A stretch of 64,000 nucleotides of DNA from the human T2T-CHM13v2.0 reference genome, Homo sapiens. Positions 14,383-26,157 of the stretch are shown here, one piece after another (positions within the stretch are counted from its first letter, which is position 1; each line of letters starts with the position of its first letter). Both the position numbers and the translations under genes were made by a program. The stretch lies in the NCBI RefSeq assembly GCF_009914755.1, contig NC_060932.1, one strand, 5' to 3'. Below the pieces are notes generated by a model. The model was given only the letters and a program-made list of their open reading frames with translations, searched no databases and was not told where the DNA came from.

Positions 14383-15162
14383 TCATTAGTCTAAAAAGGG
14401 AATAAAATATTAGTATTAGTACCATAAAGTAACATCGTGATATATAACATATGCTAGTTTTACAAAAGTTCATTTGTTCTCTAAGGAGAGAATATGTATT
14501 TCACTTATTTTGAGGAATAAAAATGTTAATGACTAGACTTTAGGATAAAATTAGATGATTCCACAAGATGTCACTATTTCCCTTTCAGTGGAAATGGTTT
14601 GCCATCAAATTGTATCTAAGATATTTTAAATAAATAGAAATAAAGTAAATAATTTCCTTTTGTATGGGTCAGTCAACCAGTATAACATATTATCTACAAA
14701 GAAACATTCAAATATAAAACCCAACCTTACATGTCAATTTAGATACTGGTGCAGTGTAGCCATCTTAGCAAAAACCTGGTGTGTACAGTATTGATGCATA
14801 CTTTAAAGAGCAGGATCCAAGTACAGTTCAATGGTCTGTTTAGCTCCAAAGAAAAATGTGGGTAAAAGTAATTTTCCTATTAAAAAGTAAGGGTTTCAAT
14901 TATAGTCTACAAAGCCTCACAACTACCTTATTACTTGCTTCTTTATTCCTAGAATCATTGAACCTTCACAGCTTTATTGACCCAAGTATAGAAGATTAAG
15001 TTCTAAAAACACTGGAGAATGGATTTAGAGGAATTTACTGTTCCCCCTCCATTTCAATAACTAGATCAAATATGGAAGGATCAATTTGATTTTGCATAGA
15101 ATAAGTATAAGGGCTAGTTTTACCTCAAACCACTTTCATTCTCATGTCGTGTTCTATTTTCC

Positions 15163-15483
15163 TGTCTTAATCTATTCAGGCTGTGTACAAGGTCCCACAG
15201 ACTGGGTGGCTTAAACAACAGAAATTTATTTCTCACAGTTCTGGAGGCTGGGAAGTCCAAGATCAGGGTGCTGGCAGATTTGACATCTGGTGGGAGCCCT
15301 CTTTTGGCTTGCAGGTGGCCGTGTTCTCAGTGTATGGCAGGGAGCAGACAGAGAGAGAGGGAGATCCTATTCAGAGGCTCCACCTTCAAGATCTCTCAAA
15401 GGCCCCATCTCCAAACACTATCATATTAGGAATCAGGCTTCAACATATAAAGTTTGGAGGGGCGCAAATATTCAGTCCACAGC
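15163..15483 (-). mobile_element. MLT1A-type MaLR solo LTR
   Basis: TGTCTTAATCTATTCAGGCTG..GACTGGGTGGCTTAAACAACAGAAATTTATTTCTCACAGTTCTGGAGGCTGGGAAGTCCAAGATCA..ATTCAGTCCACAGC. Confidence 0.85.
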
Positions 15484-15677
15484 GCTGTCTAGACTACCTT
15501 AGCCATAAATCCTTGAGAGAAAATAAACGGAATGGTATAATAAAACTCAAAATAGAACATTTAGAATAACTTTACATTTTTCAGAAGCCCATATTGTTTC
15601 TACTAGACATGTTTGAAGACTTCTGTTAACTCAATAAAAATGCAATTTGGTAGCCTGATGTGAAAGGATGACATAGA

Positions 15678-15860
15678 TTAATTCATCCAGCAAAAACTTG
15701 TTGAGCTTTGTTACAATTCCATTGTTTTGATAGGGAGTGAAGACGTGAACACACGAAAGATAAGGTACCAGTCCTCAAGGAGCTTCCAGTCTAATGTGGA
15801 AGAAAGACAAACAAGGAAGTGTAATATACTCTCAGGGCAATGGCAGATGTATTCATAGGC
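15678..15860 (-). mobile_element. L2 3'-end fragment
   Basis: ATTCATCCAGCAAAAACTTGTTGAGC..CCAGTCCTCAAGGAGCTTCCAGTCTAATG. Confidence 0.55.
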
Positions 15861-16460
15861 TATAAGTGCAGTAGGGTCACAGTGAAAGTGAGGGTCTGCA
15901 GCTCATGTTCAAGAAGCCCTAGTTGCTCATTGAGTTAGTAGTTTTACTCGTGACAGTTCACCTAACATTAGAATAAACCACTCAATGAAGGACATACTTT
16001 AAATAGATAGATTACAAGGCACATACATATACGTTTGCACATCTAAGATATTTATTTCAAAATAATGTTTTATTCAAGCAGAAATGAGGACATCATTCTT
16101 TTTAGATGTTTTTCTAATAAATTCTTAGGCTTAAACCTTCCATCTCAGATTGAGATTGGAAACACATGACTTTATGTTCTCTACCTTAAGTAATCTATTT
16201 ATTTCAATAACATAAATATGAATGTTTCATTAGAGAAACAAACTGTGAGCAAAGACAGTATGTTGAGGCTTCTTGTCCTTTGTAGATGCCTAATAGGTCT
16301 TAATATAGAGTGTTTTATAAAATAGAATTATTGGTCATCTCACTGAACTTGCATCTCTTCTGGATAATTGCATAGATTGATTAGCATTTTAATCAAAAGA
16401 AATGACAATTCTTGTCTTCAGAAAGTAAAAAGTGTTTTAATTTTTGGCTAAGGAGAGGAC

Positions 16461-16755
16461 TTTGTTGTTGTTGTTGTTGTTGTTTTTGAGACAGAGTCTC
16501 TCTCTGTCCCTCAGGCTGGAGTACAGTGGAGTGAGCTCAGCTCACTGCAACCTCTGCCTCCCAGGTTCAAATGATTCTCTTGCTTCAGCTTCCCAAGTAG
16601 CTGGGGCCACAGGCACGCGCCACCATGCCCAGCTAGTTTTTGTATTTTCAGTAGAGACGGGGTTTCACCACATTGGTCAGGCTGGTCTGGAACTGCTGAC
16701 CTCGTGATCCACCCGCCACGGCCTCCCAAAGTGCTGGGATTACAGGCGCCCGGCC
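16461..16755 (-). mobile_element. AluS with (TTG)n tail and a 12-bp deletion removing most of the Pol III A box
   Basis: Ends TACAGGCGCCCGGCC instead of TACAGGCGTGAGCCACCGCGCCCGGCC; TSD GAGAGGAC. Confidence 0.96.
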
Positions 16756-19269
16756 AGAGAGGACGGTTTTTATTTTAAAGTTTAGCATAGTTGATATACA
16801 CAGATTAGAGTTCTCCTTTAAATCTTTGGTAGTTTCAAAAACTGATAGAAAATATGAGAAGTCTTCTGGCTTAGTTATAAAACGAATAAATAAAGAGGAG
16901 CAGGAAGCAAGAGGAAGCCAAATTTTCTACTCTAGATACTGGTAATATTAATTATGGGTTGTACATAGAACGGAGTAGTATGCTATTGTAAAAAATTATT
17001 TTGTGTAAGTATAGTTAATAAAATAAGTATATTTATGGTATGCTTTAAATGAAAAATCACATTATAAAGCTAATTATTATATGATTCAAATTTGTGTTTT
17101 AGAAACCCTATGTGCTGTTTTGCTAATCTGTACTTCTTTAATTTTGTAGAAGTAATTTATCATATACTTGAAATAAGAAAAAAGTAGTAGAACTGGTGTT
17201 TGTGTGTCTTCTCTTTTTTCTTTTTAAGATATAACTGCTCTTTAGTCTGCTTATTTTTCGTTCTGTCATTATTTCAAAGGGAGACACTCTATCCTAGAGC
17301 CTTTGTATATAGTTATCTCGTGAGTACCATAAAAGCATTTAGTAGTCATTTTATTTCAGTGATAACAATTGTTAATTATATTCCTAAGGGAAGGAAAAAT
17401 GCCTGAGGCCTCAAGTCACTGAATTATCAAGTACTTACATTTTCGAGGAATAAATGCCGAGATTGGACGCACGTTTTATTTTTCATACTAATGTTTGTCC
17501 CAAAACCTCCAGCACAGTAAAATCCATTCCCTGTAGGTGCTTCTCAAAAGCTTCTAATGCTACTTAAACTCTAAACTGCCTCCTCCTGGCCTTCTTTTCT
17601 CTAGGTCTCTGTCACTTATTCTTACTGAAAGCTACACTCTCTATGACTGTGACTTTGATATTAATTGAAGTCCCTTGTGTCTCCTTCTGGAGGGTATAGG
17701 ACCTCCTGTAAAGTGTTTGAGCCTACCTTGTCAATAGTGGTGGCTGTCGCACTTCTCTGATAAGTTTAATCTCACATCTCATGATTATAGAAGAGTAGCA
17801 GAGTACAAAGGCAGCCAAAATATACGGTACATGATTAATAAGAAAAATATTACCAGCAATGCAACTTCCATGTGAAAAACTAACATGCTCACACACCACT
17901 CAACTAAGAAACACAGTTCATTTGATGCAATACTGGTGAAGATTGGACAATGTCCCAAATTAATCCATATTTTGTTTCCTGGCTCTCATTCTTCAAATTT
18001 CAGAAGGCAGTTATAATTTTCTTTGAACGATTTTTAAGATTTTATTATTTTGACTGTAACTCAAATTATCTGCCTTAGTATAGTGAACCTCACTTTGGGT
18101 CTCTATGTATCGGCCCAGCCATTGTTTTATGGACCGTGATTGTGAAGGGGCCATCCATTTTCTGACATGACCCCAGTATACACTCTCTCCACTGAATATT
18201 ACCTGAAGCCACAGCCCTGGGTACCCTGTGGGTCACCAATTCTACCATGATTGATTTTAAATATGAATATACAACAGTCATAACTTTTATAATACGAAAT
18301 GAATTTATAAAAGCTCTAAATGTGATTTCAGTCTTCCAAATCTACAGCTAATTTTTATCATGTTTGAACACAATGGAAATTGTCCTTACTCAGTGTGATC
18401 ACATTTGCTTTCCACCATTTTTTTTGCTTTGTGGATTTCTACATACATTCTTGTTTCTCTGTTCATGTGTTTTTGTTCTGTTTTCTTATTTTGTTTTATA
18501 TTGGAACATCTAAATATTTGGGCAAGGATTCAGAACTATTTCACATGGAATGAATACTTCAGGTTTGGAACGTCCGTTCCTCCAGCAAAGATTTTCTGAA
18601 TTGCTCTTCTCCTTTTCGGTGTGTTTTTCACACATGAATTGAGATCTTTCCCAATCTAATCACACAGAACTTTTTATCAGTTTCTGGAATGTGATATGGT
18701 CTCCTCATTTCTTGCCAACCCGTTCCCTCAGCCTGAAAATTTTTCCCTACTTCTCACTTGGCCTAACTCCTATTCTTAAGTTTTAATGTTGGTTCCTTTG
18801 TTAAAGCTGTCTCTCCCCATTCCTCTCTCTCTCCAAGTCCCTCCAAAAATACACAACATAGACTTAGAAACTTCCAGAAAGAGTTTCTCTATATCTGGGC
18901 CAGTTTGGCTGATCCTTTTTAGGAATCTAGACTCTTTCTCCTCTGGCTGGTGGGGCTGGAGGTGACCTCCCAAAGGTGGAGATGGGTGCAGGAAGGAGGT
19001 CTTTCCTCCTCCTCCGTGCAGTACCCACAAGGAGGACCCTTCTCAGCCAGAAAAAAAGGTGATTACAAGAAAGATACTTTGAAGGTGGCCTAGTCAGAAA
19101 ATCAGAGTAAAATGAAGGCATATTTGTAAAGAAACAAAAGTAAAAGGAGATATTTTAAGCCAATGGCTCGGAGAACACAAAAGAAGGGGTGTTTCAGAAA
19201 GAGGAATGAATGATTTGATGATGAGTGCACTGGGGAAGGAATCCAAAAGTAATTTTGAAACAGCTGTAA

Positions 19270-19473
<204 letters not shown>

Positions 19474-19729
19474 GTTTCTTTACAAATATGGCTTCATTTT
19501 AAAATATTCTAATGAGTTGCTGTTCTCCTTAGTGAACTTTCTGCCGAAGCTCTTTGTTATCCTTGCTCCAAGTCCTGGCTGAGTGTTCCCCAGGCCTGTG
19601 GCAAGGACATCCCTGCAATATCATCCAAGAATGCCCTGTTGGTGCTCTCAGTTGTTGCAGTTATTATTTCCTTAATCCTGTGCCTTCCTCTCTCTGGGTT
19701 TAATCATTAACAACAAAACGTTGTTGCAG

Positions 19730-20465
<736 letters not shown>

Positions 20466-20499
20466 TGCTTTTATGGTGAATTACATATAATATTTAAGA

Positions 20500-20660
20500 A
20501 TGAGGGTTCTAGAGTTCTGAAGCATTTACATTAGGTAGTTTAAAAATCTTTTTCTGCTACTCAACTTCTTATCTAAAAATTAGTATAATAATATAACCTA
20601 CTTCATAGAGGTTCTCTGGATTAAATAAAAGAGGATGTGTAAAGCCCTTAGAATAATGAT
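20500..20660 (+). mobile_element. MIR fragment
   Basis: CTCAACTTCTTATCTAAAAATTAG..AACCTACTTCATAGAGGTT..GGATTAAATAA..ATGTGTAAAGCCCTTAGAA. Confidence 0.6.
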
Positions 20661-21959
20661 AGTCATCCATTTTTTATTTTAGACTTGAGTTTGAACATAG
20701 TGGATTGTGTTTTGTATGGAAGATATTATAGTTCACCAAAGAGAGATTAAGCATGACAAATCAAAGAGAAATATAATATATAATAGGGAATTTGGCTAAG
20801 GAAATGAGGAAACTGTTGCAGTTTTTAATTTCCTGGGCTTTGTTTCAAAGCACAATGGATGAGTTAACCAATATTCACTGAGTGGACGAAGCCTAGACTT
20901 CCAAATCCAGGCTCTTTTAGCAAACAATTTGATATGGACTAGTAAGGAAAAAAGAGGCTTCATGTACTTTTGTTTATATGAAGTCACATTTATCTAGCTG
21001 CCATTTACCACCTTGTCTTTCATGCTCTTTGCAGCTGGATAGGAACATTTCCAGGTAGTCTCATGAAACTTTTCTATGAAAGTCTCTTTTGATCCTTGGC
21101 CAAAGGGGAACCCTCACTTCACATAAGGATTTCACATGTCTTTTAGCAATGCCTGAGGAAGAGAACATAAAATCCATCACTCAGGGACATCATTTGGATT
21201 TGTGACTCTCTCTGGAGGCCAGTGTGCCCATAAAACAATGAATGGATCAGATCTATTCAAACGTGGAGTTTTTCATTTATGACAGATGTAATATTGATAA
21301 TATCCTTCATTTAATAAGTCATCCAAGTATAATTCAATGCAAGTTCCTAGTATAAATTACCAGCCATATTCATCTTGCTTGACTGTTTTATAACACCAAA
21401 GAGGAGCGAGCAGAACTGCATAAAAATTCCATGTTGAAATTCCAAAGGAGAGCTGCTTCTGCAGCTGGCCCAGTTATTCCCCCTTTGAGAAGGGGCACAA
21501 ATCTGGACTCTGCCAGAAAGCCAGATCATGTAAGCTCAGTTCAGTCTGACTGTGAGTGATTTGTGGCCAGACAGGTAACAGTGAGGAAAGGAAGGAATTC
21601 CTTTAAAAAACTATTGACTCTGTCCTCTTTCCTTTATCGCTACACAGCTCTTTCCCACTGTTTTCCCTGGTAATGGATTTCTGCCTAAGTCGCTGTGATT
21701 TAGAACATAGACAGCAATGTCTGGCCTTTTTAGAGCATGCAGATGCCTGTGGACTAACATGACCTAAGAATAGCAAGCGGAACCTCGCGAGAAATCAAAC
21801 GCTAAATGAAGTGAATATTTTGATGAGAGTGTCAAATGTAGACATACATATTGTATGCAGTTATTAGATGATACAGAAGTAGGTAGAAAAAATCCACGTG
21901 AAATGCAGGGTTAGACCCAGAGTCCCTGTTTCCATTTCTCTTTCTATTTAGCCATCACA

Positions 21960-22960
21960 AACTGGCTCCATGTTACTAGTAGAACTGCCTCCTCCATAGT
22001 CACCACAGCATAGTAATGACCAAATAATTTTTTTCACCATTTTAGCTTGATCTTTCTGTTGCATTTGACCTGAGTCATCAAATCCATCTTCTTTAAATTT
22101 GTGTTTCTAAGATACAGTATATTTTAATACCTGCTATGTCTGAATCCTCTATTTCTGAGTTTCCTTGTTCTGCCTGATTAGCCCCTTTTGTCTGTGTAGA
22201 ATCTAATTACGGATATGGGTGCTCAGGACCTTGTTTTTGCCTCATACTCTTTTCCACCACATTGTTGCAACATGAGAAATGATCAATGTCTTTTTCAAAC
22301 CATCCATGATCACTTCTGTATGAGTGATTTAAAAATTCATATGTCTACCCCTACTTTGGAAGTATTTGACTCTTCTGCTTTCTTTAGGCCTCATATGAAG
22401 TTACCCGCTGAATCATGTTTGTTACGCCTCCAAAATATCTTCAGGAAGGCAGAATGATGGGAGACATCATTGTTGAGAGAATGAGCTTGGTAGTTACCTG
22501 AACCTTGGCTTTACTCCCAGACCTGGCCCTTGGTAGTTGTGTCTTAAGGCAAAGCTGCCAAACCAGCCTATTAAGCCCTCCAAGGGCTGTTGTGAGGATT
22601 AAATTTGATGATATCTGTAAATCACTTATTATAATTCTTAGCCCAGAATATATCCTCTATAACTTGTTCTCCTGGGTGATATACGATATGAAAGTTATCC
22701 TGTGTGATATGCTATATTCAGAAACTCAACATACTCTAAATGTATACATCTAAAATAGAATGTATGATATTTCCCTAGAACTGGCACCCTCACTCAAGTC
22801 TCTGTTTTAGTTAGTGGTATCACCTCCTTCCATTTCCTCACCTGAAATCTCAGTGCATGTGGCTTTCCCTCACGTCAGTACTCCATATGGAATGCTTTTC
22901 ATAGCCACCTCCTTTTCTTCAGGGCTGCTTTCCAAGCCCACTCTGACATCACCTGAACTA
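21960..22960 (+). mobile_element. L2 LINE RT-region fragments with an embedded MIR (~22450-22640)
   Basis: CTTGATCTTTCTGTTGCATTTGAC encodes LDLSVAFD (L2 RT LDLSAAFD motif); MIR core AGGGCTGTTGTGAGGATTAAATTTGATGAT. Confidence 0.55.
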
Positions 22961-22980
22961 TTCCTTTTTGTTTTTTTTCA

Positions 22981-23085
22981 TGCCAGATAGGTAATGTACC
23001 GATGTCGTAACAAGGTTTGAGGAAGGCACAACTCATACATGTGCGTGACAACCCATTCATCACACTTATTAACTAGAAAAAAGAT
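22981..23085 (-). pseudogene. U13 (SNORD13) box C/D snoRNA retropseudogene
   Basis: Minus strand reads ATCTTTTTTCTAGTTAATAAGTGTGATGAATGGGTTGTCACGCACATGTATGAGTTGTGCCTTCCTCAAACCTTGTTACGACATCGGTACATTACCTATCTGGCA, colinear with U13 along its whole length. Followed by an A-tail (T-run ~22965-22978) and a degenerate TSD ACTATTCCTTTTT/ACTACTCCATTTTT. Confidence 0.9.
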
Positions 23086-23212
23086 CACTACTCCATTTTT
23101 TGCTTTTTCATTTTCCCACAAGGGTGCCAGGTTACTATCCAGCTACCCAGTGTTGACCTCTGAACTTGGAATTAATTTTCCAGAGAATAAAGGTGTTTAA
23201 CAAAATGAACTC

Positions 23213-23619
23213 TTTTTAAATTTCATTTTTAAAAAGTTTTAATTTCCATAGGTTTTGGGGGAACAGGTGGTAGTTGGTTACATGAGTAGGTTTTTGAGTG
23301 GTGATTTGTAACATCTTGGTGCACCCATCACCCAAGCAGTATACAATGAACCCGATTTGTAGCCTTTTATCCCTCATCCCCTTCCCACCATTTCCGCCCT
23401 CCAAGTCTTCAAAGTCCATTGTATCATTCTTATGCTTTTGTATCCTTTTAGCTTAGCTCCCACCTATGAGTGAGAACATATGATATTTGGTTGTCCATTC
23501 CTGAGTTACTTCACTTAGAATAATAGTCTCTAATCCCATCCAGGTTGCCGTGAATGCTGTGAATTCATTCCTTTTTATGGCTGAGTAGTATTGCATTATA
23601 TATATATATATAAAATTAT

Positions 23620-23652
<33 letters not shown>

Positions 23653-23726
23653 CACACCATAGCTATATAGCTACATATATACCACAGTTTCTTTAACCAC
23701 TCATTGATTGATCGACATTTGGGTGA
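23213..23726 (-). mobile_element. L1PB1-type 3' end, 5'-truncated
   Basis: CATAGGTTTTGGGGGAACAGGTGG..GGTGCACCCATCACCCAAGCAGTATAC; ORF2 end YYSAIKRNE..LETIILSEVTQE..HMFSLI; degenerate TSD AAAATGA(A/T)CTCT. Confidence 0.92.
23597..23657. repeat. Compound (TA)n/(CA)n microsatellite within L1PB
   Basis: TATATATATATATA..CACACACACACACACACACACA..TATATATATA. Confidence 0.9.
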
Positions 23727-24034
23727 TAAAATGATCTCTATGTGACATTTTAACTCAAAAGTTTTATGATTCTTGTTTGTTTTAGGAGTCCACATTACTA
23801 CTTTTGCCAAAAATCTTAAAGTCCAGCTTTAAAGACATTTCCTAATTTAGCTACATTTTTTTGAGCAATTTTGCCTTCCCTCCCTTGGTCCTCCCTGTCA
23901 CCCAGCCATGCCAATGTCTTCTGTCACATGCTTGCTCCATTGTTCATACACTTTCCTCATTGTTAATTAGCTCCTTTCTCTTCTTGCTGCCCATTCTTTA
24001 GGAATCTGACAGGGGAAATTATAAGTAAGAATGA

Positions 24035-24139
24035 GTGTGATAGATGAAGATGAGAAAATAAAATAAGGTAATATTGGGCTAGGTCAATGTGTGATAGATG
24101 AAGATGAGAAAATAAAATAAAGTAACATTGAGCTAGGTC
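24035..24139 (+). repeat. Tandem duplication, two 51-bp copies, period 54
   Basis: GTGTGATAGATGAAGATGAGAAAATAAAATAARGTAAYATTGRGCTAGGTC twice, 3 mismatches. Confidence 0.95.
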
Positions 24140-24639
24140 TTTTCCTATGGTCTCTGAGGCTTCCTTTCTAACGAACGAGGCCTTCTTGTTCTTATGAAAG
24201 GCATTATGACTGCTGGCAGCCCTCTGTTTACATCCTTCAAGGTGTTAAACCCCATGGAGAACCCTAATTGACTCCGATTGGTTCATGAGACTATTGCTGC
24301 TGTTGGAAGAATGGTCCAGTCCACTCTGAATGACTAGGCCTGGTCAATGTGTTTTCCAGTTGGTGGTAGGCAGTGGGTTTTGTGGCTATAATCAAAGTGA
24401 AAACAGTGTGTTACCAGAAGTGGGAAGGGCTGTTGCACTAACCAAAACAATTGATATTCACTATAGTCTCTATAGGTTCAGTTGACATAATATGTCCCCC
24501 CAGTATGTGAACATTTACATAAATATACTCATTCATTGATTCAATGACTATAATATGGTCTTGTCTACCTGAGACAAATGTCCAGCTATTCAGGATTGCA
24601 GCAGACACAGGTGGATGTCTAGTAAATATCTACACCCCC

Positions 24640-24997
24640 ACCCACCTTTCATAAAGCACAGTATCTGCTAAGATGCTGCTGCTCAGCCACTGCAGTTCCC
24701 ACCATGAGATTAGCTCCTGTAAATGGAATATGAATAGGGGTGTTCCACTCCCAAGCCAAGTTGATTAAGAAGCAGATGTGCCTTCTCTATTTTTGCTTTT
24801 CCTTTCCCTCGGTTGGAAGCAAAAGTCATGGAACCTTTAGGTGCTGGCAGCGCTACACCCTGAGTCATCACGTGGAATGTTATGTGGCAAACATTCTCAC
24901 TGAATTGTTGTGTAAAGAAAAAATTATGCTTTATTATTAAGTCACCAGTGTTTGGGTATTCATCTGCTGACAGCAGCTAGTGTTAACCTAATGAAAC
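24640..24997 (+). mobile_element. Old MLT1 (J-like) LTR
   Basis: AATGGAATATGAATAGGGGTG..TTAAGAAGCAGATGTGCCTTCTC..CCCTGAGTCATCAC..ATTAAGTCACCAG..ACAGCAGCTAGTGTTA. Confidence 0.6.
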
Positions 24998-25084
24998 TGG
25001 AAAAATCCACATAACAGATATCACTCAGAGAAAAGAAAAAAGTGATTGCATTAAATTGACAATAGCAATGATCTTCTTCCTCAA

Positions 25085-25204
25085 CACATAATAGAAACTT
25101 CCTGAAGGCAGAGACTTTCCCTGTTCTTTTCAACATTGTATCCCAAATATTAGAACAGCTACTGGCACATAGTAGGTGCTCAGTAAATATTTGTTGATTA
25201 TTGA
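25085..25204 (+). mobile_element. L2 3' end
   Basis: AAACTTCCTGAAGGCAGAGACTTT..TGTATCCC..CTGGCACATAGTAGGTGCTCAGTAAATATTTGTTGA. Confidence 0.8.
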
Positions 25205-25803
25205 TGTAGTAGTGTTTTTTAATTGCTGCATGACAGATTACTACCATCATAGTGGCTTAAGCAACACACATTAATTATTTCACAGTTTCCATGGGTCAGG
25301 AGTCTGAGAATGGCTGCTATAGCTTGGTCCTTTGCTCAGGATCTCACAAAGCTGTAATCAAGGTATCAGCTGCAGCTAGTGTCTCTCATCTGAGGCTCAA
25401 TGACCTCTTCCAAACTCATGTTGGCAGTATTAATTTTCTCAGAGCAGTAGAATCTGTGGTAGCTTACTTCTTCAAAGCCTGTGGGAAAGAGAGTTCCTTA
25501 CCTCTAGACCCTCTTTTCGATGGGATTTTTACTAGATGAGCTGGTTTAGGTTAGGCTCACCAAGTAAACATCTCTTTAATTAACTTACAGAAAACTGATT
25601 ATAGACCTTAATTACATCTGAAAAGCCATTGTATTCTTGTCATAAAATGTAAGCTAATCAAAGTAGTGACTATTCTAACACCTTTTCCATGTTTTTAGAA
25701 TATGGAACTTAGAAGCAAGTTCTAGGTTCTGTCCATATTTAAAGGAGGTTATTATACAAGGGTTTTACTCATTGTGAGTTATTTTAGAATTCTGCCTACC
25801 TCA
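25205..25803 (-). mobile_element. MLT1 (E-like) MaLR LTR
   Basis: ATTGCTGCATGACAGATTAC..AGTGGCTTAAGCAACAC..CACAGTTTCCATGGGTCAGGAGTCTG..TTAGAATTCTGCCTACCTCA. Confidence 0.75.
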
Positions 25804-25862
25804 AAGGACAAAATATTCTGAAAATATGCTTATACTTTAAAATATGGATATAGAACATTATT

Positions 25863-26157
25863 TTATTTATTTATTTTTGAGACAGAATCTTGCTCTGTTA
25901 CCCAGGCTGGAGTGCAGTGGCATTATCTCGGCTCACCGCAAACTCTGCCTCCTGGTTCAAGGGATTCTCCTGCCTCAGCCTCCCAAGTAGCTGGGATTAC
26001 AGGGATGCAACACCACAGCTAATTTCTTGTATTTTTAGTAGAGATGGAGTTTCACCATATTGGCCAGGCTGGTCTTGAACTCCTGACCTCAAGTTGATTC
26101 ACTTGCTGTAGCCTCTGAAAGTGCTGAGATTACAGGCGTGAGCCACTGCACCCAGCC
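25863..26157 (-). mobile_element. AluS
   Basis: Full dimer with (TTTA)n tail; TSD TAGAACATTATT at 25851-25862 and 26158-26169. Confidence 0.96.

Noticed and set aside
23004-23018. GTCGTAACAAGGTTT, identical to the conserved small-subunit rRNA 3' end
   Set aside because: The flanks are not rRNA; it is the reverse complement of the U13 guide element.
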